Positions 55,401 through 64,000 of a stretch of 64,000 nucleotides of DNA are shown piece after piece (position 1 is the first letter of the stretch; every line of letters begins with the position of its first letter). The notes beneath the pieces were generated by a model that did not search any database, was not told the origin of the DNA, and was given only the letters and a program-made list of their open reading frames with translations. Both the position numbers and the translations under genes were made by a program. The stretch spans positions 1,054,001 to 1,118,000 of the forward strand of contig NC_087253.1 in assembly GCF_037042905.1 (NCBI RefSeq). Direction: 5' to 3'. Source of the stretch: Lytechinus pictus. Taxonomy: Eukaryota.

Positions 55401-57275
55401 GGATGTCAACAAAACAATAATCTATGACAGTATAATTGATGCTTTAGCATTATGTAAAAGCTATAAAGTTGTGAATGTACATGAAACAGGCATTTGGATA
55501 ATACTGCACAACTACATCATTTGGATAGTGTATTCAATGAATACTACATGTATGTTACAGACCTCATTTTCAACACAATGTTGATGACATGTATTAACCC
55601 ATATGGATACAAAGCCAGGCATAAAGGGCATTTCCTTCTATACACAAAGATGAGGATAGCCAGGGCTAACTCCTTCCTGCCTTTGGTGCCCAGTGAGGAA
55701 ACGTTCAGTTTAGTCATTATCATTTGCTATTGTATACTTGAATCCCTAAAGCATACATGTATATTCACACCATGAGCGCAGTGTAAGGAATAGAATAACT
55801 CTGACCTGTACCACTCTAAATAATGTACATTACATGTAGGCTCCTATAAACTTGGTGTACAATATTATAGCACTTAAAATGTATTGAAAGCACTTGCAAT
55901 TATGGGAATATATTCAGTGGATGGCAATCAAAGGATTGGTAGTACTGTATACAGACAAGTAACCATGCATTTATTTTATACATCACATATGCCTACATAT
56001 ATATCATGAACGCATATCAGCGGTGATAAAGGCAAATGAAACACTTGGTACATCAAAACATGCTATTTTTTTATATTTACAATCATCTTTCAGGATAACC
56101 TTCATACTTAATGAGGCATTTCATAAAAAAAAGATTACTGTAGAAAAGGGATAAGAACATTTTTCACCTATTTTCATGGAGATCATGGGTACAGAGGCTA
56201 AACGAGAAAATGACACTCCTCATCCTGATTTTGAGCTTCTCTGAATCTCAAGACTACTAAAGGCTGCTGTGAATTTATAAATGTCAGACTTGTCCACAAA
56301 TGCTCAGATAGCAAATTTGACACTCAATGATACTATCATTATTCATTTTTTAAATTTGAATTTAAAACCACAAAGCAAAATTGTGATAAAGTGAAAAATT
56401 TTGCCAAACAGAAATGTCATTTCCCCCATAATGCAGCTTCAAAATTCAACAAATACAATTTCAATAGAGCTGTTCTTAATAATCCTCTAGATCTTATAAA
56501 ATGAGACTTGGAAATATGCTTTTCCTTTGCATGACAAATAAAACATAACACAAGAAACCATTTCAAATCTGGTAGGAAAATCAATAAAGAGAATGAATAC
56601 ATGCATTTTAGTATTTGTTTTTCCTTCTTGGGTAATGATCTGTACGCTATTTACCACAAATTACAGTTAGGCCTACATTATAGACGATATATTCAAATAT
56701 TGTCATAGCTTTGATCATCTTAAAATACCATCTGTCCTTTTTTTTTTTTGGGGGGGGGGGGTTAATTGTTCACAACTAGAATTGATCTCCAATGTTTCAT
56801 TAATCTATCATCCAAGTTTTTAGCCAAAATCAGACTCTGTAACAGCTCTATTTCAGCTTCTATTTCACTTCATTATGTCACTAAAACTTTCGCTAACTTA
56901 ATTCCATACCAAAAAAAAAAAAAAAAAAAAAAAAAAATCGAGTTTGCCTTAGTCTGACTCCGAGATTTTGGACATCAGGATCAATGGCAAAATAGAGCAG
57001 TTTTTTATGCTCAATTTCATTTAAAATCATGTACCGTAGATCTCAAATTGATAATTTTTAAACAGATATTTAGGAAATCTGGGCAAAAATTGAGCTAAAA
57101 ACTATAGATCTAGATTTTAGTTAGCTAAAAAAGTCATTATCTTAAATAAATCTCAGTTGCAAAAACAGGCATTTAACGCAAAGCCTTAGCAGACCTTCAT
57201 TTTTGAGGAGCGCGATCGCGCCGGCGCTCCTACCGCGCTCCTTAAAAAAAATAAGGAGAGCAAAAAATCGCGCTC

Positions 57276-57310
<35 letters not shown>

Positions 57311-60300
57311 AAAAAAAAATTGTTAAAATTTCACATTTCACATCTTTAAAATTAAATCCTTGAAATGGTCTTCTTTTTTCCATGATTCCTTGAAATTACT
57401 TTGATTTAGTTGAAAACTATCAGAAAAATGAAGAATATTCATCTCTTTCCCGACTCTGATTTTAATTTAAACTCGGTAAATATTTGCAGTCCCATATGTA
57501 GATTTTCATGGCAGCACCATGGAAGTCTACATGTGGGACTACAATATTTACCGAGGTAAGTTCAAATCAGAGTCGGGAAAGAGGTGAATATTCTTCATTT
57601 TTCTGATAGTTTTCAACTAAATCAAAGTAATTTCAAGGTATTATGGATTTTTTTTAGCAGTAGTGCATACGACCTCTTGTAAACGTATTGACGTGACCCA
57701 GGCCTAGTTTCACCACAGATTAATTAATAGCTAACACAGCTATTGCATATATATACAATGTTAGGAAAAATCTACAATTTATCATACATGTATTGTAATG
57801 AATTGATTTGAGCTCCTCACGGAGAGCGATTCTGAGGAGCTCAATTGAGCTCCTCAAAAAAATAAGGAGAGCCATTTATTGAGCTCCACGAAATTATAAA
57901 CGTGAAGGTCTGCCTTAGGGCATCTATAATTCTAATCTTAACACTGATTTTGACCCCAACTGCACACTCCCAAAAGGGCCAAATTTAAGATCAATGCACG
58001 TCGACTATAGGGTCGACTATATCTAACGTTAGATCTAGATCTCACAACCAATCACTTGCTCACTACAACCATCCTGCCTGTGGGGAATCTACAGCTAGGG
58101 CTAAGGTATGCCAATGCAGTAAGTACACAATAAAATTAAAATAACACTTTTGTGACCAAAAATACTAATTTCCATACAATTGCAATTTTTCATTAGTAAC
58201 TCGGGAATAATTTTTGTATTCACCAGAAACACTTGAAATTTGGGCATATTTTTGTGTACGCCCTCTATTGGTGTAAAGTAATATGGCAAGAAAATTTTCA
58301 TTTTTCAATCTCTGTTTTTAATTTAAAAAAAAAACAATTACCTAAAAGAATCAAATTCACTTAAGAGCCATTTCATATGATGATTAGCTGTAAATAATGG
58401 AATCTGACAGTGTCCAACAATCAAGCATTTGATTTTTTTTCAATGAGAAAATACGCCAAACATTGCCAACCTTATTTTGCCACACATGGCGTACTGAGAT
58501 TGAGAACAAGGTTGTTCATTGAATGGGTGCAACCAATCAGGAATTTACCCCTAAAATATAATAGACCCTATGCCATTTTCCCCTTTGGCCTAAATGTGAA
58601 AATGATCAGACTTCTTTCATGCTGACACTACATGGACTCTAGGCCAACCAATGAATCAGGAATTTACAGTAACCCCTAAAAATAACACTAGATCTACATG
58701 TAGTCTAGGCCAAGTATGTAGTACTCAACTTCAAGTACATGTATCAGGCTTCAGGGTGCCTTCAGACACCCCGATTCACACCTAGCCTGGAGGCGTCTGG
58801 GGAGTAAAAGTCATCTACTCTACGTAGGGAGTAACACTGACGCCTGGTTTGCTTAAGTATTGGTCTATACACACCGTAGGTTTTCTCATGGTGAAAGTAG
58901 ACCTAAATTATAAGTTTTGGTTAGGATTTTGACCCCAAACTAACGTACATGGGCCAAAACTAATTTTTCCCCAAAAATTTAATGTTTGTATATATTCCTT
59001 CAATAAATATTAGTTAATATGAAAAATAATTAAGAACTTCAAGTACATGTATCAGGCTTCAGGGTGCCTTCAGACACCCCGATTCACACCTAGCCTGGAG
59101 GCGTCTGGGGAGTAAAAGTCATCTACTCTACGTAGGGAGTAACACTGACGCCTGGTTTGCTTAAAGGGGAATCCAACCCAAATAAAAACTTGTTTTTATA
59201 AGGAAAAGAAAAATCAGACAAGGTGATAGGTGAAAGTTTGAACAATATTGGACAAACAACAAGAAAGTTATGAATTTTTAAAAGTTGTAAATATTTGTAA
59301 TCACTATACCCATGGAGACTTCAAATTGGCCGCATGTGTGATGTCATAGTGATGTAAGGCAAGGACTCCTCTTCCATGTACTCCAATACATATTATGGCT
59401 AAAATGTCATTTTTCCCAAAAGTTTTATTTCAAATTATATTTTTCTTTCATGAGGACATAAAACAATATACAACCTGGGTTATATTTAGATTACTGCCCC
59501 AGGGGAATGGGTACTTATGAGAAAACCACAAATCCCTGATAATAAAGTACATGGCCTATGGGAAAGGTGTCCTTGCCCCTTGTCATAAATTACTTACCCA
59601 GTTGCCAATTTGAAATCTACATAGTATTAGTGATCTCAATTTTAAAGCAGCTATAACTTTCTTATTGCTTGTCCGATTTCTTTCAAACTTTCACCATTCT
59701 GTTTAATTTATTTTTCTCCTTCCCAACACAACATTTATGGCCAAGGCTGGATTCCCCTTTAAGTATTGGTCTATACACACCGTAGGTTTTCTCATGGTGA
59801 AAGTAGACCTAAATTATAAGTTTTGGTTAGGATTTTGACCCCAAACTAACGTACATGGGCCAAAACTAAGTTTTCCCCCCAAATTTAATGTTTGTATATA
59901 TTCCTTCAATAAATATTAGTTAATATGAAAAATAATTAAGAGCACGAGCGTTGTCTTACCAAGTCTGTTTTGGTTGCCATCTTGATGTCTTTGTTATCGA
60001 TACCTAGATACCACACGTGTGTATAGCTGCCAAATTTAATTTTAAAAATACTTGCATCGGCAGATAAATATCATGAATCGTAAAATACTTGCCTCGGTTG
60101 ATAAATATCATAGAGCAAATTTTATGATATTTATCAACCGATGCAAGTATTTTACGATTCATGATATTTATCTGCCGATGCAAGTATTTTTTTAATTTAA
60201 ATTGGCAGCTATACACACGTGTGGTATCTAGGTATCGATAACAAAGTCAAGACATCAAGATGGCGACCAAAACAGACTTGGTAAGTCAACACTCGTGCTC

Positions 60301-61178
60301 TTAATTATTTTTCATATTAGGCCTAACTAATATTTATTGAAGGAATATATACAAACATATTAAATTTGGGGGGAAAACTTAGTTTTGGCCCATATACGTT
60401 AGTTTGGGGTCAAAATCCTAAGTTTTAACCAAAACTTATTATTTTTCACCGTGGGAAAACCTATGGTGTGTATAGACCAATAGTACTTAACCAGGCGTCA
60501 GTGGGGAGTAAGCCTACGTAGAGTAGATGACTTTTACTCCCCAGACGCCTCCAGGCTATTCACACCACCATTTCTTGCATGTAGGCTTAGCCTCTCATTC
60601 ACAATCGCACTCAACTTCCAAGTCCAACTCTCCCCGGCGCCTCAATACATGTACGGTGACCGCCGGTGCGCTCATGCAAGCCCGCCAAAATTATACCGTA
60701 GACCACGCAAACCGGCACTTTCTAAAATTCTAGATTTCAATATCAGAAAACTAGAACTTGTTTTAGCGACACGAGCTGAAAATGACCATACATTTTGTCA
60801 CTTTCATCACAAACACACGACACATATCTTAGGGATAAAGGAAATAACACTGAAGTTGCTATCTGGCTCGGTTTTTATTGTATTCTAGGGACATTTTGAC
60901 AGTGTAAAACTGTAATTGACAACAGAATAGTCGCGGAGCAACACAACGTGTGTACACAATACATGCTGCTACCGGTTCAAGCGCCACGCCAACACAACTT
61001 GCCAAAAATTATCACATACATTGAGCTGGATGCTGGCCCAGATACAGGCAATATGATAATAGCTGAAAGAGCGGATGACATCCTTAGCTAACAGTGAAAG
61101 AAAATTAATACATTTTAACCCCACAATGAGTCAGCTTCATACGAAATTATCGAATTTCTTCCGCCGGTTACTCACCAT
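28169..61178 (-). CDS. DNAI7: Dynein axonemal intermediate chain 7 (CASC1/IC97-like), whole gene. 14 coding exons: 61176-61178, 51905-52013, 44333-44424, 42743-42847, 40120-40260, 39494-39640, 35822-35925, 35069-35601, 34139-34295, 33649-33755, 33045-33211, 32224-32394, 31505-31654, 28169-28408; 741 aa
   Basis: Manual splicing gives one uninterrupted 2226-nt frame with GT-AG at every junction and matching phases. The protein starts MPPKPKSPAKGKGKGKLSKAEKERLKKEEE followed by a charged coiled coil. It contains CASC1-family motifs WDRYMLCDGSPDP..EINTYINLW, WGNLVKNPR, FELPKQLALSDIAIRVIHTTYDH, NMPFQSWEL, AGVNVFP, AYSWSKWN, FHADLYHMV, and ends TRVIAFS*. Confidence 0.95.
31505..31654 (-). CDS. DNAI7: DNAI7 exon 13 (DEQTEGAAYDQMALTASHFAYSWSKWN...PVKD)
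   Basis: ctgtag acceptor, gtaagg donor, 150 nt. Confidence 0.95.
32224..32394 (-). CDS. DNAI7: DNAI7 exon 12 (DHLCCFRQ...AGVNVFPEEDSKKYVSVCDK)
   Basis: tttag acceptor, gtgaga donor, 171 nt. Confidence 0.95.
32722..32926. repeat. Minisatellite, 5 x 41 bp (TACCATTGTGGCTGCCATTATGGTAAAGTTACCACACAGTG)
   Basis: Units start at 32722, 32763, 32804, 32845 and 32886; near-identical. Confidence 0.95.
33045..33211 (-). CDS. DNAI7: DNAI7 exon 11 (EERLLSFKT...NMPFQSWEL...EIEIK)
   Basis: ttcag acceptor, gtatga donor, phase 1->0. Confidence 0.95.
33649..33755 (-). CDS. DNAI7: DNAI7 exon 10 (LPDNVLFSEEPQMVYWWDEGKQWRLDGFHDVKYEQ)
   Basis: aacag acceptor, gtaaat donor, phase 2->1. Confidence 0.94.
34139..34295 (-). 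CDS. DNAI7: DNAI7 exon 9 (DTPNELKRYPY...PPLGVTVK)
   Basis: ttcag acceptor, gtaagt donor, phase 1->2. Confidence 0.93.
34412..34810. mobile_element. ~400-bp palindromic (foldback) MITE in DNAI7 intron 8
   Basis: GCCTGAATTCACAAAGGTG / CACCTTTGTGAATTCGGGC ends; the arms stay complementary almost to the centre near 34615. Confidence 0.85.
35069..35601 (-). CDS. DNAI7: DNAI7 exon 8 (FKSYAFED...acidic linker...VKSWIMTQ)
   Basis: tacag acceptor, gtaagt donor, phase 2->1. Confidence 0.95.
35822..35925 (-). CDS. DNAI7: DNAI7 exon 7 (DASNCADSETGNLQFIKGNKDIVLMIWGNLVKNPR)
   Basis: ctcag acceptor, gtatgt donor, phase 0->2; WxNLxKNPR motif. Confidence 0.95.
39070..39459. mobile_element. PIF/Harbinger-type MITE
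   Basis: TIR AGCCCRTCTCACACTATGCGAT with TTA/TAA flanks; ends 34 bp from the exon 6 donor. Confidence 0.85.
39494..39640 (-). CDS. DNAI7: DNAI7 exon 6 (LIHELEFLLED...STVLLLK)
   Basis: ttgcag acceptor, gtatgt donor, 147 nt. Confidence 0.94.
40120..40260 (-). CDS. DNAI7: DNAI7 exon 5 (WDRYMLCDGSPDP...ESNQTLR)
   Basis: Casc1 N-terminal domain signature; cag acceptor, gtaagt donor. Confidence 0.96.
42743..42847 (-). CDS. DNAI7: DNAI7 exon 4 (EHQRHAAELAQLASILEGNYTALNNVRQARRAQAK)
   Basis: ctcatcag acceptor, aag|gtgtgt donor, phase 0->0. It fills the expected gap before the WxxYxxCDGSPDP motif. The ORF track shows a different frame here. Confidence 0.85.
44333..44424 (-). CDS. DNAI7: DNAI7 exon 3 (EEERARKEQEEKERLERERLEREERERILAA)
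   Basis: ttatag acceptor, gtaagt donor, phase 1->0. Confidence 0.93.
45956..46084. repeat. Diverged tandem duplication, 2 x ~67 bp
   Basis: GAAAATTTCCC...ATCAAATATCA.GAAATA.TT...AGCTTGT.CAGAT occurs twice. Confidence 0.75.
50259..50599 (-). mobile_element. Shorter diverged copy of the 57190-57912 family
   Basis: Shares GAGGAGCTCAATTGAGCTCCTC, CTGTGGTGAAACTAGGCCTGGGTCA and the end CGCTCCTCAAAAATGAAGGTCT. Confidence 0.75.
51905..52013 (-). CDS. DNAI7: DNAI7 exon 2 (PPKPKSPAKGKGKGKLSKAEKERLKKEEEAQQLKEE)
   Basis: Polypyrimidine tract plus ccaccag acceptor; g|gtttgt donor; phase 0->1. Confidence 0.92.
52603..54571 (-). mobile_element. HINE-like element (middle layer)
   Basis: TGACCTTGACCTTTGA-type repeat unit on both sides of an insertion, a (GACA)n microsatellite, and terminal hairpin TATGTCCCGCCTAGACGGGCATAC followed by an A-run. 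Confidence 0.7.
52833..54376. mobile_element. hAT-like non-autonomous element (inner layer)
   Basis: Imperfect TIR CGGGGTTGAAAATA / TAATTTCAACACTG. It splits the HINE TGACCTTTGA|CCTTTTGACCTC motif and has a CpG-rich interior. Confidence 0.65.
57190..57912. mobile_element. hAT-like MITE with internal 267-bp palindrome (57380-57646)
   Basis: TIR CAGACCTTCA / TGAAGGTCTG, flanking direct repeat CCTTAG, repeated GAGGAGC/GCTCCT motifs. Confidence 0.8.
58727..59034 (+). repeat. 308-bp tandem duplicate of flank plus left arm of the foldback element
   Basis: Near-identical to 59035-59164 joined to 59763-59940. Confidence 0.92.
59091..60558. mobile_element. Foldback (fully palindromic) DNA element with 8-bp TSD
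   Basis: Ends TAGCCTGGAGGCGTCTGGGGAGTAAAAG / CTTTTACTCCCCAGACGCCTCCAGGCTA; TSD TTCACACC at 59083-59090 and 60559-60566; arms of ~430 bp around a 10-bp spacer (60113-60122). Confidence 0.92.
59165..59758. mobile_element. Kolobok/T2-type MITE inserted in the foldback arm
   Basis: TIR AGGGGAATCCA / TGGATTCCCCT. The TTAA TSD is confirmed by the empty site GCTTAAGT in the upstream duplicate (58851-58858). Confidence 0.92.
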
Positions 61179-61350
61179 GGTGCCTCTGTTTGTTCTCAGC
61201 GAAAGATGGCAACGCAAAATTGCCTTAGTGTACGCATGCGCAATTGATCGAGGAGCAGGTCAAATTTTTTGCATAGCCCGCGCTGTATTCTGCATTCATC
61301 GATCGCCTGATCGAATGCGTCGACACAAAGGGGTAATTTTACGCATGTTA
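60600..61350 (-). promoter_or_regulatory. CpG-rich promoter/5' region of DNAI7
   Basis: Local CpG enrichment around the ATG exon. RFX half-site GTTGCCAT (61206-61213, minus) and NRF1/P3A2-like ACGCATGCGCA (61232-61242). Confidence 0.65.
61176..61178 (-). CDS. DNAI7: DNAI7 coding exon 1 (ATG only)
   Basis: Minus strand reads ggcaccATG|gtgagtaa (good Kozak context plus consensus donor) inside a CpG-rich island. Phase 0 matches exon 2, which begins CCT CCA AAG and has no ATG of its own. Confidence 0.8.
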
Positions 61351-61694
61351 ACTTTTTTTTAGCAGTTCAAAAAATGGAAGATAAAACGAAATTCTTCTCA
61401 TACTTTGAATAACTCATTTATCTATTCATTTAACTTACTCCAATAAACCGAAGAAGCGTATTAAAATGTTTCCGTTACAGTGATTGTCGAGAAATCCGAC
61501 ACGCGTTTTGGTCGCGTGCCGCTCCGATATCCCTATTGTGAACGAGATTTTTTTTCTTTTGTGAAGCATGTAAATATCTATATATTATATAGGTCCTATT
61601 TGCCTATTTTTCTTTTACCCTCTTCTTCTTTACTCTCATTTCCCTTTACCTTCTATTCATTCTCCTTTTCTATCTCTCCTTTGGGTCCCTGAGT

Positions 61695-61921
61695 CGGTGG
61701 CCTAATGAGCCAAAAAATTTGAGGGGCTGGATATAATTATCGGGCAAAATTTATTTAAAAAGTTGCGAGCGAGTAAGCAAAAATTTTGACATATTTACAA
61801 ATTCAATTTTTTGATAGATTTTGACGGAATATTCAGAGAATGGTATCATATTTTACCTCTCTTTCCTAGCTTTCCTTTCCTCTCCTCTCCTCTTTATTTG
61901 TATTTATCTTATATATTCATA

Positions 61922-61955
<34 letters not shown>

Positions 61956-62000
61956 GGGGGGGGGGGCAAGCGCCACAAGCCCCCTGTCTGTACGCCAGTG
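61695..62000. mobile_element. Small hAT-like MITE
   Basis: Ends CGGTGGCCTA (approximating CAGTGGCGTA) / TACGCCAGTG; internal G-run and (AT)n. Confidence 0.5.
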
Positions 62001-62079
62001 CCCTCAGTACCTTATTTTTGTTCTTCTTCTTCTCTCTCTCTCTCTCTCTCCCCTGTCTCCACTATCCCCTTTCCCCTCT

Positions 62080-63000
62080 CAGGTGCGGATCCAGCTTTCA
62101 ACGAGCTAGGGGGGATATTGTTTCATCCAAATTTATTGGCTGATAAAAGCTGATTAAATTCGAATTTAAAAATATATACTTATTTTTAAAGCGGTAGTCT
62201 TTTATCAATTAAGGCATATTAATTAGCATCATTCTTACAAAGTAAGGTAAATGAAGCGCGAGCTCAATTTTTTTATATTATAATTATGTAGGCCCTATTT
62301 AGACCTAAAAAAATCACATTCTGAGCAGCAGTTTGTAATCATGAACAAGATGCATAATGTAACTAAAACAATAATATGCGAGCGCGAAGCCCGAGCTGAA
62401 ATTGTTGGTATTCCGACCTGAAAACTTGACATTCCACCACTTTTGTATTTGACCAGGCCATCTAACTAAACCATTGATTCAAGCTTTTTTTTTTTTTCAT
62501 TTTTCCGGTCTGAAACCTTGACATTCTTAGGCGAAGCACTTTTATAGTTAACAGGATCTGTATCTTACTGAACAGTTTTCTCACAAGATGATTGTTTTTT
62601 TTCTATTCCGACCTGAAAATTGGACAGTTTATAAACACATTGTTAATAAATAGATAAACTATACGAGCGCTAAGCGCAAGCTGATATCATTTTTCGATTT
62701 AGATCTAAAAACTGGACAATCTCATCACTTCTTGTAATCATAAACATAGGATGGGGTATCTCATAACAATTGATACGAGCGCGTTAATTCGCGCTGCAAA
62801 TCTTTGATATTCGAAATAAACTGACAGCTTAAGCACACATTAATCTCAATAAACAATTTTATTACGATCGCGAAGCATGAGCTGATATATAAATATATAT
62901 TTTTTTAGATTATTCATTAGATACACTTATTATAATCATGAAAGAATTGATATCTTCCTAAATATGCGAGCGCAAAGCTCGAGCTGAAAACTTTTCAGAT
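62080..63000 (-). mobile_element. Partial element related to the 19909-23953 family (internal GCGAGCGCGAAGCGCGAGC repeats)
   Basis: Starts CAGGTGCGGATCCAG; about six degenerate repeats in reverse orientation; the other end was not found. Confidence 0.65.
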
Positions 63001-63090
63001 TTCATTGAATATTTCATTTCATTTCATTTATTTTATTTCAACACGGTAAACGAACTTCAGCCAATGGCTGTTCTTCTGAACGTCCGTGCG
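63001..63090 (-). mobile_element. 90-bp extreme 3' fragment of a LINE (or LINE-tail SINE)
   Basis: Minus strand shows a stem-loop, AATAAA and a (GAAAT)n tail; 7-bp TSD TTCAGAT at 62994-63000 and 63091-63097. Confidence 0.75.
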
Positions 63091-63707
63091 TTCAGATCAT
63101 GATTCTAGGACCTAAAGAGTTGCAATTGATCTGATCAACCACAATATCTAATGCCCTATGTTGTCAATCCAATTAATTTAGTTCTTGGAGGGAAAAAAAT
63201 GCTAAACATAATTTCATTTTCAATAAGTGGGGGAAATGACAACATTGGTTAGCTCATTGATTATTCATGGAGACAACTGTTTCACCTAGATAAAACAAAT
63301 TTCTAAAATGTCATAACTTTAATTTGTTATTCCTTGTCAGATTTTATCATATTTTCAGTGTTTTGTTTGTCTCATTTTGTCCAAATTATAGAATTTCCAG
63401 CCTAGAGTAATCCTCACGGTGTAAATTCTCAGATTTACTTGGCCCTAATTCTAAAATTTTAGATCGCAAAAACTCCATGAGGGGGGGGGGGGGAACCCTA
63501 AGCGCGAGTGAACATGCCAATATAGACATAATGCCCCCAAAACATTGGCCCAGTCCTCGTTTTAACTGCTTTTCGAAATAGCCATATTCCTTTATCTCAT
63601 TTTCTTTTTGTGGGGCGGGGTGGTGTGCATGTTTGACACCCTATACCATAAAAGCACAACGGATATCCTGTCTTAAACAGAAAGTGCTGCATTTCGGCGT
63701 GTTTTTT

Positions 63708-63851
63708 NNNNNNNNNNNNNNNNNNNNNNNNNNNNNNNNNNNNNNNNNNNNNNNNNNNNNNNNNNNNNNNNNNNNNNNNNNNNNNNNNNNNNNNNNNNNN
63801 NNNNNNNNNNNNNNNNNNNNNNNNNNNNNNNNNNNNNNNNNNNNNNNNNNN
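63708..63851. other. Assembly gap (144 N)
   Basis: Run of N. Confidence 1.
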
Positions 63852-63900
63852 TTATCATTCATTTATGTTGTATTTTATTCATTTAGTTTATTTTTGTCTA

Positions 63901-63938
<38 letters not shown>

Positions 63939-64000
63939 GGGGGGGGGGGGGGGCTCGCTTGTGTTCCCATACACCAATACGAGTCTACTGGTTGAATGCC

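Noticed and set aside
63633-63995. ORFs spanning the N run
   Set aside because: Open only because of the assembly gap and homopolymers.

Overview
AT-rich animal genomic DNA; the repeat landscape suggests an echinoderm, probably a sea urchin (inference). The main feature is a complete 14-exon minus-strand gene for DNAI7/CASC1 (axonemal dynein intermediate chain 7, IC97-like). Its CDS runs 61178->28169, totals 2226 nt (741 aa), and every intron is GT-AG and phase-consistent. A second CpG-rich promoter with a probable first exon at about 18.5-18.8 kb starts an unidentified minus-strand gene running off the left edge. The rest is densely packed, often nested mobile DNA: a decayed CR1/L2-group LINE, Helentron-associated (HINE/DINE-like) elements, Kolobok/T2-type TTAA MITEs, PIF/Harbinger, Tc1/pogo and hAT-like MITEs, foldback palindromes and SINE relics. 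There is one assembly gap. The most unusual signal is a large excess of TA-flanked micro-palindromes (TACATGTA, TAGGCCTA, TACCGTA). Some are demonstrably insertions relative to paralogous repeat copies and look like Tc1/mariner excision scars. They are concentrated in the ~18 kb downstream of each of the two promoters and nearly absent upstream of them.
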